Shown here: positions 40,162-51,849 of the stretch, piece by piece | How positions within the stretch are numbered: position 1 is the stretch's first letter | How the letters are laid out: the number at the start of each line of letters is the position of its first letter | Source: Cercozoa sp. M6MM | Lineage: Eukaryota; Protista; Endomyxa: Ascetosporea | DNA: 64,000 nucleotides | Assembly (NCBI GenBank): GCA_040357565.1 | Contig: JBDODJ010000015.1 | Reading direction: 5' to 3' (one strand) | Translations under genes and position numbers: made by a program | Notes under the pieces: model-generated | Told to the model about the DNA's origin: nothing | Database searches by the model: none | Seen by the model: the letters and a program-made list of their open reading frames with translations, nothing else

Positions 40162-41525
40162 TTAGTCCTTTTTCGCATCAGCGGCGCGCAGAAGACCCAT
40201 CTTGCCAGAGAGGTACTTCCATTCAGCTTTTTTCTGCATACAACGGGAAACCGATGTTTGGAAGTGTTCAGAGGGTATTTCGTTAGAGTATTTGGATTAC
40301 CAAGGCAGTGCGCAGCGATGAAACCATATCGGCACTTCACAAAAAAAAAAATGTCGTTGAAACGGATGCACATAGAATGCAGACGACAGTACCCCAGCAG
40401 TTTGTAGCCAGATGAACTCAAGTGCACGGCGTCGACAAAGTAGTTGGCTGAAATGCTTATGTGGTGGGACAAGAAAAGATCCGAAAAGACAAGTACACGC
40501 AGACAGGCGTTCGGAGACATCGGAGGCAATGACGAACTTCTCGCGATGAATCGCAGATTGCAACTGCTTTGTGAACTCATGCGCTGCCTTCGGAAAGGAA
40601 CTCGGACACGGCAGCAGGCAGACTTGCAGTTTGCCTCTCCTGTGCACACTCAACACGATGAAAACCGATGAAAGCTGATGAAAGCTGATTAAGAAAACTG
40701 ATGAAAAGCGCTGAAAAACTCACAAAAGCTCGCGCATGCGCACAAGTTTCGTCATGGTTTTTCCGACTTCTTCATTCAAGTCGGCATCGCTACGAATACC
40801 ACACATTGGTAGATATCAAAACACAGACATCTCAGAGGAGGGAGAGAGACAAGTTTACGTCAGACGCGCGAAGTGCAACGCATCAAAAGAGCCGCACACA
40901 AGCACAGCCACGTCAACTAAGACAGGCCAACTATTCACACAGACTCACAAAATGATCCGTATCAGTTTAGGTACACTTATCAATGTTTGCGCCAATGGAA
41001 TGCGACAAAGCAGCTTCGTCTGTCAAACACAACTTTGCACATTGAATATGTATTTTCGTTACCGCCAGGCAGTACCAGTGACATCAAAATCGGCAATCTT
41101 GCGCATCAGCTTTCCGCGCTGCGAAAAGTCGACTGCGGTGCGCAAAACGCCCTTTCTGATATCTAACGACACCATCCAACAACTTCAACACATAAAACAA
41201 GGCACATACGATGTCCGTGTACCTTGCTGCAAAAAGGGACGAACGCGCTTCGACAGGCCACCTGCGTCAGCGAGAGTGCTGTCGGCAAAAAGAGGAGATT
41301 TAAGCAATCTACAAACAAAACAAGTTCACGACACAGAACTGTGGACCAGTAGTCGCCAAAACCTGCCGCAATTCCATCGCCGAAAATCAGCACTCGCAGA
41401 CGCGCACTCTTGATCAGTTTCTCGAACTACCTCCAGCACCGAACACATGACGAAATAAAACAAGTTGCTTCCGCACATGAACGTACCACACGATCGAAGG
41501 CGCAGCACAGGAACCACCAGACCAT
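40162..41525 (-). CDS. SGNH/GDSL-like hydrolase-fold protein
   Basis: RVLIFGDGIAAG (block I; Gly at the usual Ser position) and VDAVHLSSSGY (block V DxxH). Confidence 0.6.
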
Positions 41526-41897
41526 GTGCAGGTAAAAGCGCACACGCGCCCAGACTGAAACAAACAGCAACCGCGAAATATAGGAATTCGAGACAAAATT
41601 CGCATCTTTAACGCAACTTACTCGGGGACATCACTTCACAGTACTTGTGTGATGCTCAAGTACCGACCGCCCGCGCCAACAGCTGCAAAGCCAGTGCACG
41701 GAGCGCCGGAACAAGATGAAAGATGAAGGTTTTGGTGATTGAAAACCCTTGTAAACTTACAGCACCTGATCTGTTACCTCTAGGAAACCAACTATGTAGT
41801 TCCCCTGCACCAGTCTGGGGTGGGACCATACAACCCCCTTTTGACGTTCCCCAAGACACGCCGTGATAGCTACTGTAAGTTTATTTAAAAGTAAGCT

Positions 41898-43635
41898 TAC
41901 TTAGGATCTGGAATTCGCTTTCTATCATCCGAGTCGCGATTACATAACTAAACAGTTATTTTGCTTGCCAGAAGCGGACACAGACTCGACTTCTGTCTGT
42001 GCGGTCTGAAGCTGGCGTTTAAGCTCACCACGAGCAGCATCGTCGGCCAAAACTTCGACAATTGGTTTGCCGGTTGTCCTGGAGAAGCTCCAAATAACTC
42101 AGTTAATATAATATCTCGACGCGACCGAATGTAAATTAGCTGAACGTACTCGAGATATTCACGGACAGCCTTCGACAGTTTCGCCAAAACTTTGCGCGCC
42201 GGCTTGCTCGGCTAGAAACAAATCGGCGTGCTTGAAGTACAAACAACAGAAAAAGACAGTGAAAGTTAAAAAACTGTACCGATTGCTCAAACAGCAGGTC
42301 ATAGTGAAACAAAAAGGCCAGTAAAGCGCCCGAAAGGATGCATTTGGCGACAACAGGTGCACAGAAAAGTCGATCTTTCACGACGTTTGCTTGGTCGTAA
42401 CCGGCATTTTCAAACATGCTAAGGCAGAACTGTGCCACTTCTGTCAGAACTGGCCACAACTCTGCCAGAGCACTTGTCGGCTCGATGCCGGCGGTGTCGT
42501 GGCAAAGCTCTCGCGATTCAACTGGATCAAAGTCGAAATTTGCCATGTCGAGCTGTTTCAGGAAATCATTAGAAAGATAAAGTCTAATAGTTGTGATATA
42601 TAAAATTACAGGACGTTCACATTCAGTTTACCTGGATCAAGAACTCAAAGAAAACTCGAGCTTTGGCGGCGTCACTTTCGTTTTTGACTGACAGGGCAAA
42701 CAAGAGGTACTCGGCCAAGTGCGACGCCGGGAGCCGTTCGAAGTTGTCAACGCACGCGAAAACTGCTTTAGCTTGCTCCCACGCACCGACTAAGACGAAA
42801 CAAAAAAACTTGAGAATAATAAACTAAGTTTAAATAATAATTCACAAAATATTAATTCAAAGATGGAAGCTGTGTACTGTACCTTTTGTAAGAAAAAATA
42901 CGGCTTTGCTGATATCGATAGGAACATACTCGAAAACCGGAAAGTTTGCCAGTTTGGCAAAGACTTTGTTCGCAGAAGCAAATCCTCCCAACGAAGCTTT
43001 TGCACAGCCAAGTGAGAGGGAGGAAGAAAGTTGCGTCACTGGCTTGCCTCCTGCACAGGCGTAGAGCAGGTGTTTCTGCAGGTCTTCGGACTCGAGTGCA
43101 ATCATCGCGAAAGCGGCGCCCTTGCAGGCTTCAAGTGCGAATTCATACAGCACGTGGAACTGCAACTCGGAGGGAAAAGATCCAAGCCACACTAGAACCT
43201 CATCTAGCACCCGGCAGGCACCCTCAAAACTGTCAGTGCCATTGAACGCGAGCGAAAGCGGTAAAGCCACGAAGTTAGTGAGAAACGCACTTGCTGTCAA
43301 AGTGTCCAACTGGAGGCACACAAATACAAATAAGTTGAAATAAAACACTGCCAATAGAAGGAACGAATACATGAACGAGAATAACTTACAGTTTCAATGC
43401 AGCCTAAAACTTCAGTACAAACTGTACGCGTCAGTCGCAGAAGACGATCGCTTCGTTCTGATGCTTCGAGCTCGAGCAACGGGGCGAAAGTCTCTTGTTC
43501 AATCACCACGAGAGGCGAGATCGCTTTTAAACCCTCTGCTCCGATTTTCTCGGCTTCTGGCTTGACGGAGGCAGCGTCTGCGCTCTCCAACAACACCGCG
43601 AGAAGTTTGTGTTTGAGTGTCGTGAAACCCGCCAT
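41898..43635 (-). CDS. Hypothetical alpha-helical protein
   Basis: Multi-exon ORFs from MAGFTTLKHK; 3' end approximate; no family recognised. Confidence 0.55.
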
Positions 43636-43738
43636 TATAACTTTTCCCGTTTGCAGCCAAGGCGAGTAATTTGCAATATTGCCGCACCTACTACGGGTTA
43701 TTTTCCTAGATTACACACGCAGGAGCACATTAAGACGT

Positions 43739-46406
43739 ATGGCGTCGTCCGGGAAAAAAAGGAACTTTCCCACAGTGGGGTGGTCGCTGATCGAATTGTG
43801 GGCAATCAGAAAAAAACCAACTGCAATTCAGAGAGACCAGGGAGGCTTATTGAGTTGCTTTAGTGTCTGAGCATGCCCATGTAGCAGTTTGAGGTGTCCG
43901 AAGTATCCTGCTCGGAGATGCGGCATTGTCAGTTTGACCTTGCTCATACGTATCCATCTTCTTTCTTTCGCGTTTCTATCCTCTCTCTTGCACCCAGATC
44001 TGACGGCACACTGACCCTGACACTCTTTTTACTTCCATGTCAAACAGCGATTTTGATGCAGCTGCAACTCTTCTCAAACTGGTTTGCTGGACCAGATCTG
44101 AAGCGCCTGTGCTTGGTTTCGGGGAAACTACAAAGATGTTTGCAGGCAGCTCAGGTGCGTCGCAGGCGACAAACCGAAACTGCGCAAAAGCAAAAGCACA
44201 ATGACAAGGTCGCTAAAGCAGCCCAATCCTTGCTGCTTTTGTCAAGATTGAGTTCTCGCTCGCAATCGCGCACGTCACGCTCTCGCGACCAGGAATGCGA
44301 GTCCGCGAAAATCAGTGAGAGTTCGCGTACGGCCAGTCACGAAAACTGCAGCACAAAGTACTATCGGATGTAGTACTTCAGTTTTTGACTCTGTTTGAAA
44401 TTGAGTTTTTCGCAGAAGAACTGACTCGGAGGACAAGAGAAATCGCCCTCGGCAAGTGCAGGCTGTTCCAGTGGTGGCCCAGCCTCCGCATCTGCGGCAA
44501 CCCGCGTATGCTTTGACTCCAATCATATAACTTTGGTCACGCCATCCAATCTAATTTACTCAATCAGTTGATTTTGTTTTTGAGTTTTAGACAAATGTCG
44601 ACACTACTGCAACAGCAGCTTCAGCGCCGCATGGCCCTGCAGCAAGCTCAGTTGCAACTGATGCCGTTTCGACAGGCACAGCCGAAAGCACATCAGCTCA
44701 TGCGCCTGGCTCTCAAACAGTAGTTCTAAAGATTATTTCTCGTTTTTTCCAAGATTAAACTTGCGACAGGAACGAGTTGCGTCGACGTTTACGCTGTGAG
44801 AAGCGTGCACAGAAGTACGCACATCCAGGCGCAACGCGTCGTGCCGAAAGTCAGTTGGAAGGCATTCGACGCCAAGCACTCGCTCGCACGCCCGTGATTG
44901 CCATGTCGCATGTACTGCTAGCTTCAGTGAATTTCAACTGTGTTTTTCTGATAGGACTTGATTGCAGTCGAGTGAAGACGACATTCCCAGCATGCTTCGA
45001 ACACATCGTGCGAAGCAGCAGCAGCACTGCCGTCAGTGTGCTAAAACCAACGTTCCGCTTCTGCAATGCTGCCGTGCTCGCTGTCGGCGCTTGTTTTGGT
45101 AAATTAGGGACCGTGCTTTTTGAACTGGCTAGATTTTGAACTTGCAAAAGCAGTGCTGACTGTGCAAACACACACTCCAAGACCTTTGTGTGTGCGTGCT
45201 GTCTGGGAAACTGTCTGTGCAAAGACGCGAGCTGCGAAGAGAGACGTCAGTTGCGGCAGCACGTATGCCCTGCTGCTGCGCCAAGTCATTAAGCAGCTGG
45301 ACAACACCAGAATCACATGCGGTGTCATGAAAGTACAGCACAGTATCGTGTAGTCCAGTCATTTCAGTTATTTTCTAAGTTAGTTTCAGTTTTATTTCTC
45401 CAGCTGAGTCGAACGGAGTGTGTCCGAGTTTGCTTTCGGAGTGACACAGACATCGCATCACTTAGTACAGTTTGCCATCCGTCTAGGCGGCACAAGTGAA
45501 CTCTGGACGAACAACTGAATGCCTCAACTACAGCAGGTGGTGACGTATGCCGCCTGCGTCACCTCGCTCGCTCTCACTGACGCTGTCGCGGTACAGAAGT
45601 TGTAATTTCAGTTCAGCTCTTAGTTAATGCACAGAACTATATTGTATCAATTGCAGCACACTGGAGTACAAGATTCAGTGCCACAGATACCTCCAACCTA
45701 CCAAGACTTTGGTTACGCTGCTCGAACTCCGCTTCGAGTTGAGAGGGTTACTCAGTTTCCGTACTTTTGTGTTCCCTTTATTTCGGTTTGTTGTTTTTAG
45801 AGAGGACCTGCCAGATCGGCCGAAAGTGACGACAGAAGTCCAAGGTCTCGCGATCGATCACCGCGACGACGATCGCGAACCCGAAGCGAAGATCTCACCG
45901 AAGGTACAGTACAACAAGCGAAGCAAAAGATCTAATCGTATTAAATACTGACATTGTTTAACGCCCCGGAATTAAGAAACCAGAGCACGATCAAGGCGTC
46001 GCCGTTCAAGGACGCGATCCCGATCGCCGAGGTCGCGATCACCGGTCACACCGGTACCGGCAGCTGCTGCACCCGCTCCACAAGGCAGAGGTAAATTAGT
46101 TATACTGCATGACTGATACACTGGAAATTGTCGTTTACTGTACGTGCGCCTGTGTGTGTTGATGCCTAAAGGAGCTCATAAGTACCTCCTTGGCGCGGCT
46201 GGAGGTGCTGCCGCGTTGTACGCTGGACAAAAACTGATGGGCAAGCAGGGTGGTCTGTCGTTGCCTGGAATGCCTGGAGGTATACCTGCACAGCTTACCC
46301 ACTACCCCCATTGTGTTCCTGCTGTATCCATCCACATACAGCTGGAGCTCCACTGCCTCCTCCCCCGCCTCCGCCTCCACCTGCGTCGCCTTGCATGATC
46401 CTGTAA
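43739..46406 (+). CDS. Hypothetical protein with RS-rich segments, polyproline and C-terminal CaaX (CMIL)
   Basis: Last exons splice in frame to ...SRSPRSRSP...PGMPGAGAPLPPPPPPPPPASPCMIL*; start uncertain. Confidence 0.55.
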
Positions 46407-46429
46407 ACAGGCTGAAGGGTCATTTCAGC

Positions 46430-47737
46430 TTGAGCTACTGTTGAGACTTAATAAAGTGTCCGATCGCGCGCGTTGTGTTCTGAGAATATACTGGAGCTAC
46501 GGCAGTTACGTCAAGACTCTGGACAGCAGTAGTTACTCCGTCAATATACTGTCCTGAAGCAGTAGACACAGCCTGGCGTGCTCGTCTGCGGACGGATGCA
46601 TGGCCTCAACTAAACTGAGCTTTAACCAGCACGGCACAGGCAGTGCCTTTGTCCAGTCGTGTCGCTTTAATCAATCCACGAACGACTCGACTTCAGTTGC
46701 GTTGCAGGCGGGCTCACGCACGAGCACTGCGCACGAGGTCCATGTTGACTTCGTCTCTGCACACGTGCACACAAAATATGTTTGAAACAATTAAACGCTC
46801 AAGTTGAAAGAAAACACTACCTTCTGCGGATGGAAGCGCGCATGCGTTGCCGTTTCATCACACGCCACGCCAGGACACCGCTAACTAGCACGAAAATGCC
46901 GATAAAGAAAAACACGGCAATTGTGATGCCAGGCGGTGTGCCGCACGTGAGTGAAACGCGACATTCCTGAGCAAATGGCCAAACAAACAAAAACTGAAGC
47001 TGTGAACAAAAAAGCTGTTTCTCAAAATTTGACATCAAACGGATCGTACATCTGCATTGACTTCATCGCAAATCTTATCTCGACCAACAGTATGATCATC
47101 AGCACGATCGCACGCGACAGGCCAGCAGTCACGCTGATGGTCGATGAGCCATCTCTACAATACATCCGCGCGGTTGCCAAATCAAACAAAAAAGCCGAGT
47201 GCTTTAAATTACATCCGAGCCATTCGGTCGCCAAGAACGCTGAGCACACACGAACCACGCGCTGCCGAGCTTGTTGCACTGCCTTTTGAGTTCTTTTTCG
47301 CCAGTCAGACACCTGCACGTCACGTCTCCGGAACCTCTGAGTGTGGCAAAGAAGAACATAAACACACAAAGGCAAATAAAAAAAAAACGAACTCGCTGAA
47401 ACGCTTGTTGCATTTGGCGCGACACTCAGCGTTGGTCTTGTCGAACTCTTCCACCAACGGCAACACCTTGTTCTTGAAGTCTAAATATACAGCGTCGTTG
47501 TCATTCGGCCCAAGGTACATAGGAACAGTGAATAAATTATACCGTCATTCAAAGCGTCTTGACACTGCCTTGAACAGTCGGAGCACTGCAGAAACAAGCA
47601 GAAGGGAACCTTGGTGCAGCGAAGGGACGGTGCTTCGCAAATCTACGTACCTCATATTGACGCGTCGGATCCAATGAAGGTTGAGCAGAAGACAGCGAAG
47701 TCAACAGCAAAACCGCTAGCACCAACAGAAACCGCAT
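46430..47737 (-). CDS. Cys-rich type I membrane protein
   Basis: Signal peptide MRFLLVLAVLLLTSLSSA, Cys-rich ectodomain, TM ITIAVFFFIGIFVLVSGVLAW followed by RVMKRQR; 3' end approximate. Confidence 0.6.
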
Positions 47738-48086
47738 CGAGTGCACCGCTGTGCTCTTACTGATTAGTAGCACTTGGTTGGGCCCTTTCTCGAGCTGGTG
47801 CACGAGGTGTTCCGCCCTTTGGCGCTTTCTGCGCGAGATCCGAGATCCTGATTCTCGATCAAAGACGAGCTTTTGATTCCTCGGTGGTCACACTGCGCCG
47901 GACAGCTTACGGTCGTGCTTCACCGCGGTAGAGCACAACAAAACATCGATAAGTCTCGTGATTTTAGGACTAAGTTTTAGTGACATGCGATGGGAAATTT
48001 CAGTTTTTGGACATTGAATTGATGCGATGATGTCAGTGACATCTTGGGTTGATTCGGACTTGTTTCAATTACTCCGCAGTGCTCGC

Positions 48087-48983
48087 TCAGTCGGCACTTT
48101 CAAGCACATTCTTGAGCGCGGCGAAGGCCTCTACATCAAACAGTAAGTCAGCCGCTTGATCTCTTAGCCCACAATCAGTACTACCAATCTTTTTGAATTT
48201 GCTGTCCTCAATATGAACGCTGGAGGCGTCGAGACTGAAGTCCGTGATCCTGGTGTGGTGGATAGAGCGATAAGGACATCAGCTTCCCGAACTCAACCTA
48301 CATACAGGAAAAGCGAAAGAGTACCATTCAACAAACGTCGAGTTGTCGTCAGTCACGCGACGGAGACGAATGGTGTGCGCAGTCGAACACTATCGCAGAG
48401 CAGAAAAGTAAAGTGCTGAAATCCTGTGTTTACAGTATACTACCACAGTCGCGGAATCAGCTTCAAGCAGCTCGAACGTAATGCTGCGATTGGCGTCGCT
48501 GATCTCGGTCACCATGTACTTCTGAACAGCTCCGTCCTACAGGACAGACAAAAAGCCAGTATAGTCCGACTGAGTTCGAAGTCCAGAGGCCTCTTGAAAC
48601 GAACCTTGTAGGTGAGCTGGTGAACGCGCGGAATACAGTTCTCCGTCTTGCCGTCAAGGATATGCGAGTTTTCAACCGCGCCCGTCCAAATCATGTCTAC
48701 ACGAATTGTACGGGGGTGCGAAGCATAGTCAAGTCAAGAGAAAATATGTTCCAGTACCGAGACCTCGGATAACCGCCCACACACGGTCAGCCGGAGCCTT
48801 CACCACGGTGGACTCAAACACGCGTGCAGAGCTGCAAAAAGAAGCATTGTGCAACAGGAGTGGTCACTCAGCACACACTGGGTGACCAAGGAGTGGTCTC
48901 AGCCCGAGCAAGAATTTTTGCAAAGCGATCTTTTGGTGTTGCAAAACAACACTGTTATAGTGTCCAAACCTAAAGCAACTCAT
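48087..48983 (-). CDS. SRPBCC/Bet v1-like (polyketide cyclase 2-type) ligand-binding protein
   Basis: MSCFSSARVFESTVVKAPADRVWAVIR...SITFELL...TIRLRRVTDDNSTFVEW.TDF...AFAALK*. Confidence 0.8.
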
Positions 48984-49176
48984 CGTGAGGTGCAATTGCT
49001 GGTCGTATGCAGGCTAGGGATGCGAGCAAAATCGCCTGCCCGGTATTTTGTTTATATTTTCCAGCGCTCCACGGAGTCGCAGGTCGCATCATCGCAGCGA
49101 AACGCACAGTCTGTCATTCTTGCGAATTTTGAGAGTTTTGCAGTTCTGTTGGTGTATTGGAACGCTTTGGGAGGCC

Positions 49177-50852
49177 ATGAGCAACAGCACGAGCCAGCAG
49201 AGTGCGGCGTCGCGGCGACTCAACAGGGTTCTTTCTGCCACGCTGGGCACGTCGCCGACGCGGTGAGTTTTGCTTCTCCGAACTCGCCGAAGGCGATCTT
49301 CATCCTCCCTTTTGGGTGTACCCCCCTGGAAAAAGGGGCGATCGATTGCTCGATCGCAGTTTTCTTCAGCGTTGAAGCAAGCAAAAGACAATTTCCCCTT
49401 GCTTTGTAGCGCGAAGGCTGCGAAGAATGCGACCTTCTCCTTGCAGAGTGTGGCCGATTCAGTACAGGGCGTTGGCGACAAGATCCGTGACCTGTCGAAA
49501 ACGGCACTGAACCTCGAAGCTGAGCACTTGCGCGATTTTGAAACCATGAAGGTAGCTTTGATTTGATTGGTTCGCGTGTTGGTTGCGAGTTCCGTGAAAC
49601 GTGCACGTCTCAAAACTTTCGCCAAGCTTTTGTTTTTCACAGAGCTGTTTAAAGTTTCAAGTTTTTCGCAGCTTTGCAAAATGCGAATTTTGAGCATTTT
49701 GCATGAGGCACAGCTTTCGAAAAACTGTGAGTGCGTGTGTGCAGTGGTCGCCGGAGCGCGTGCAGAAGATTCTGCGGCCGTTCTCGCGCGAGGCAGCGCA
49801 GCGCGTGCGCGAGTGGCTGTACACGGAGGAGAACTGGGAGCTGTTCCACTCGCGCACACACCTGACGGCGATGCCGAAGGAGGAGGCGCGCGAACTGGTG
49901 CTGCAGCAGCTGGTGAAGGTGGGTCGTGAGGCGCCGGGCTTCCGGTGGCTGGACATTCGAGACGACGTGAACAAGTACATGGCGATCCTGGAGTACGTGG
50001 CACAGGTGTCGCCGGACTTGGGCACCAAGATGGGCGTGCAGTGGGGTCTCTTTGGCGCCTCCATCGCACTGCTCGGCAACGACGAACAGGTGGCCGAGTA
50101 CGAGGAGGACGTGCAGCACGTGACCAAGGGCGGTGTCTTTGCCTTGACGGAACTGGGCCACGGCAGCAATGCACGCGGCATCCAGACGCAGGCGCACTAC
50201 GACGAGGAGACGCAGGAGTTCGTGGTGCACACGCCGTGTGAGGAGGCGCAAAAGTTCTGGCTCGGCAATGCCGCGTGTCACGGCACGCATGCCATCGTAT
50301 TCGCGCACCTCATCTTCCAGGGCGAGGACAAGGGCGTCCATGCTTTCATTGTGCCGCTGCGTGATCCCGACACCATGCAGCCGCTGCCTGGCGTGCGCAT
50401 TCGCGACTGCGGTGCCAAGATGGTGCTTTGGGGCCCCCCCCCCGGCCCCCTGCATTAATCTAACCCCCCCCCCCCCCCCAGGGCATGAATGGCGTCGACA
50501 ATGGACGCCTGTGGTTCGATCGCGTGCGAGTGCCGCGCACGGCCATGTTGACGCGATTTGCGCAGGTGTGTTGCTCTTATAGTCCGTTCCCATAGTCCCC
50601 AACCTCCTATCTTGGGGTAGGTGACGCCGGAGGGTGAATACACGTCGTCGATCAAGTCAGCACGCGCGCGGTTCAACGCGACGATCGGCGCGCTGGTGCC
50701 GGGCCGTGTGATTGTGGCTTTTGGTGCCTTGGTGGGCATGCGCATGTCACTCGCCGTCGCCATGCACTACGCGCTGCAGCGACGTCAGTTCGGTCCGCGT
50801 GATGACGCGCCCGAGTGTCTCCTGATGGACTACCCGTCGCATCAGGTTTTAC
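49177..50852 (+). CDS. Peroxisomal-type acyl-CoA oxidase (3' part lost at assembly gap)
   Basis: [74 protein letters not shown]. Confidence 0.93.
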
Positions 50853-50951
50853 NNNNNNNNNNNNNNNNNNNNNNNNNNNNNNNNNNNNNNNNNNNNNNNN
50901 NNNNNNNNNNNNNNNNNNNNNNNNNNNNNNNNNNNNNNNNNNNNNNNNNNN
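50853..50951. other. Scaffold gap (about 100 N)
   Basis: Run of N; the sequences on either side belong to different, convergent genes. Confidence 0.99.
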
Positions 50952-51690
50952 NTTTTTTTGCTTACGGACGGACTTATCGGGAAGCTTTCATCGAATACCG
51001 TACCGCCGAGTTCACATTAGTAGAAAGCAAGGATAGCGAACACCAAAGGTTAGACGTGACGCGTCATTCTTGATTTCGGGGCGCACACCGACTTGCTGTC
51101 GTCGACCTCGCAGACAGCGTCGTTGACTTCTGCAAAAGCTGTGTCTCCGAAGTAGCACACCTTTGGCACAAGCAAAACACGTTGCCACTTACGTTATCGA
51201 TAGTTCCGCAGACAAGAGTCGCTGAGTGACTGCTTCAGCCACACCGGAAGCGGTCAGTTGGTTGAGTGAACGGAAAACCTGATGGCTTGTACGTAGAGTA
51301 CTTGATAAACAGTTGCACTTCAACGCCTTAAACGGCGTCGCTTGGCGTGAGGCGTTGAAGTACGCCGTCTCCTCGCCTCGGAGTTGAACTTGATAAGCAA
51401 CTGCTCCATAGCCCTCCGAATCGTGCTCTGATCACGAAGAAACGCCAGTATTGCAAAACTGCACAGAGACACTTGCAGCTAAAAGAGGAGTACCTCGAAT
51501 TTCTTGTAATAAGTTCGAACAGAGCGCGATTGCATCTTTTGTTTTTTGGATTTGTTGACAAACTCGCGGACCAGCACTGAGGCCATCCGCTTGGCCACGA
51601 CTGAACAGAGCGGATTTTCACTCATAAAAATGGTTCTGGTTTGAGAAAGTCGTACAATCAGCGTCTACAACGATGCTGCCATTGGACTTC
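50952..51690 (-). CDS. Hypothetical protein, 5' part (runs into the gap)
   Basis: Short exons from MKSNGSIVVDAD with GT-AG boundaries. Confidence 0.4.
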
Positions 51691-51849
51691 ATTTTCGCAT
51701 AAATAAAATCACGGGCTCGTCGTCGGAAAAATTCGCTTGGAGTCGGTGGCAACTGAAAGCAAGCGCCATTTTAAAACTAACCGAGTCGAAAAAGCAAACT
51801 TACCGAGTTGAAAAAGTCAACGTAGTGCTTGATTTGCTCCTCTCGCGGC

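Noticed and set aside
50621-51073. Acyl-CoA oxidase fused to sequence after the gap
   Set aside because: The ORF crosses a run of N; the downstream sequence belongs to an opposite-strand gene.
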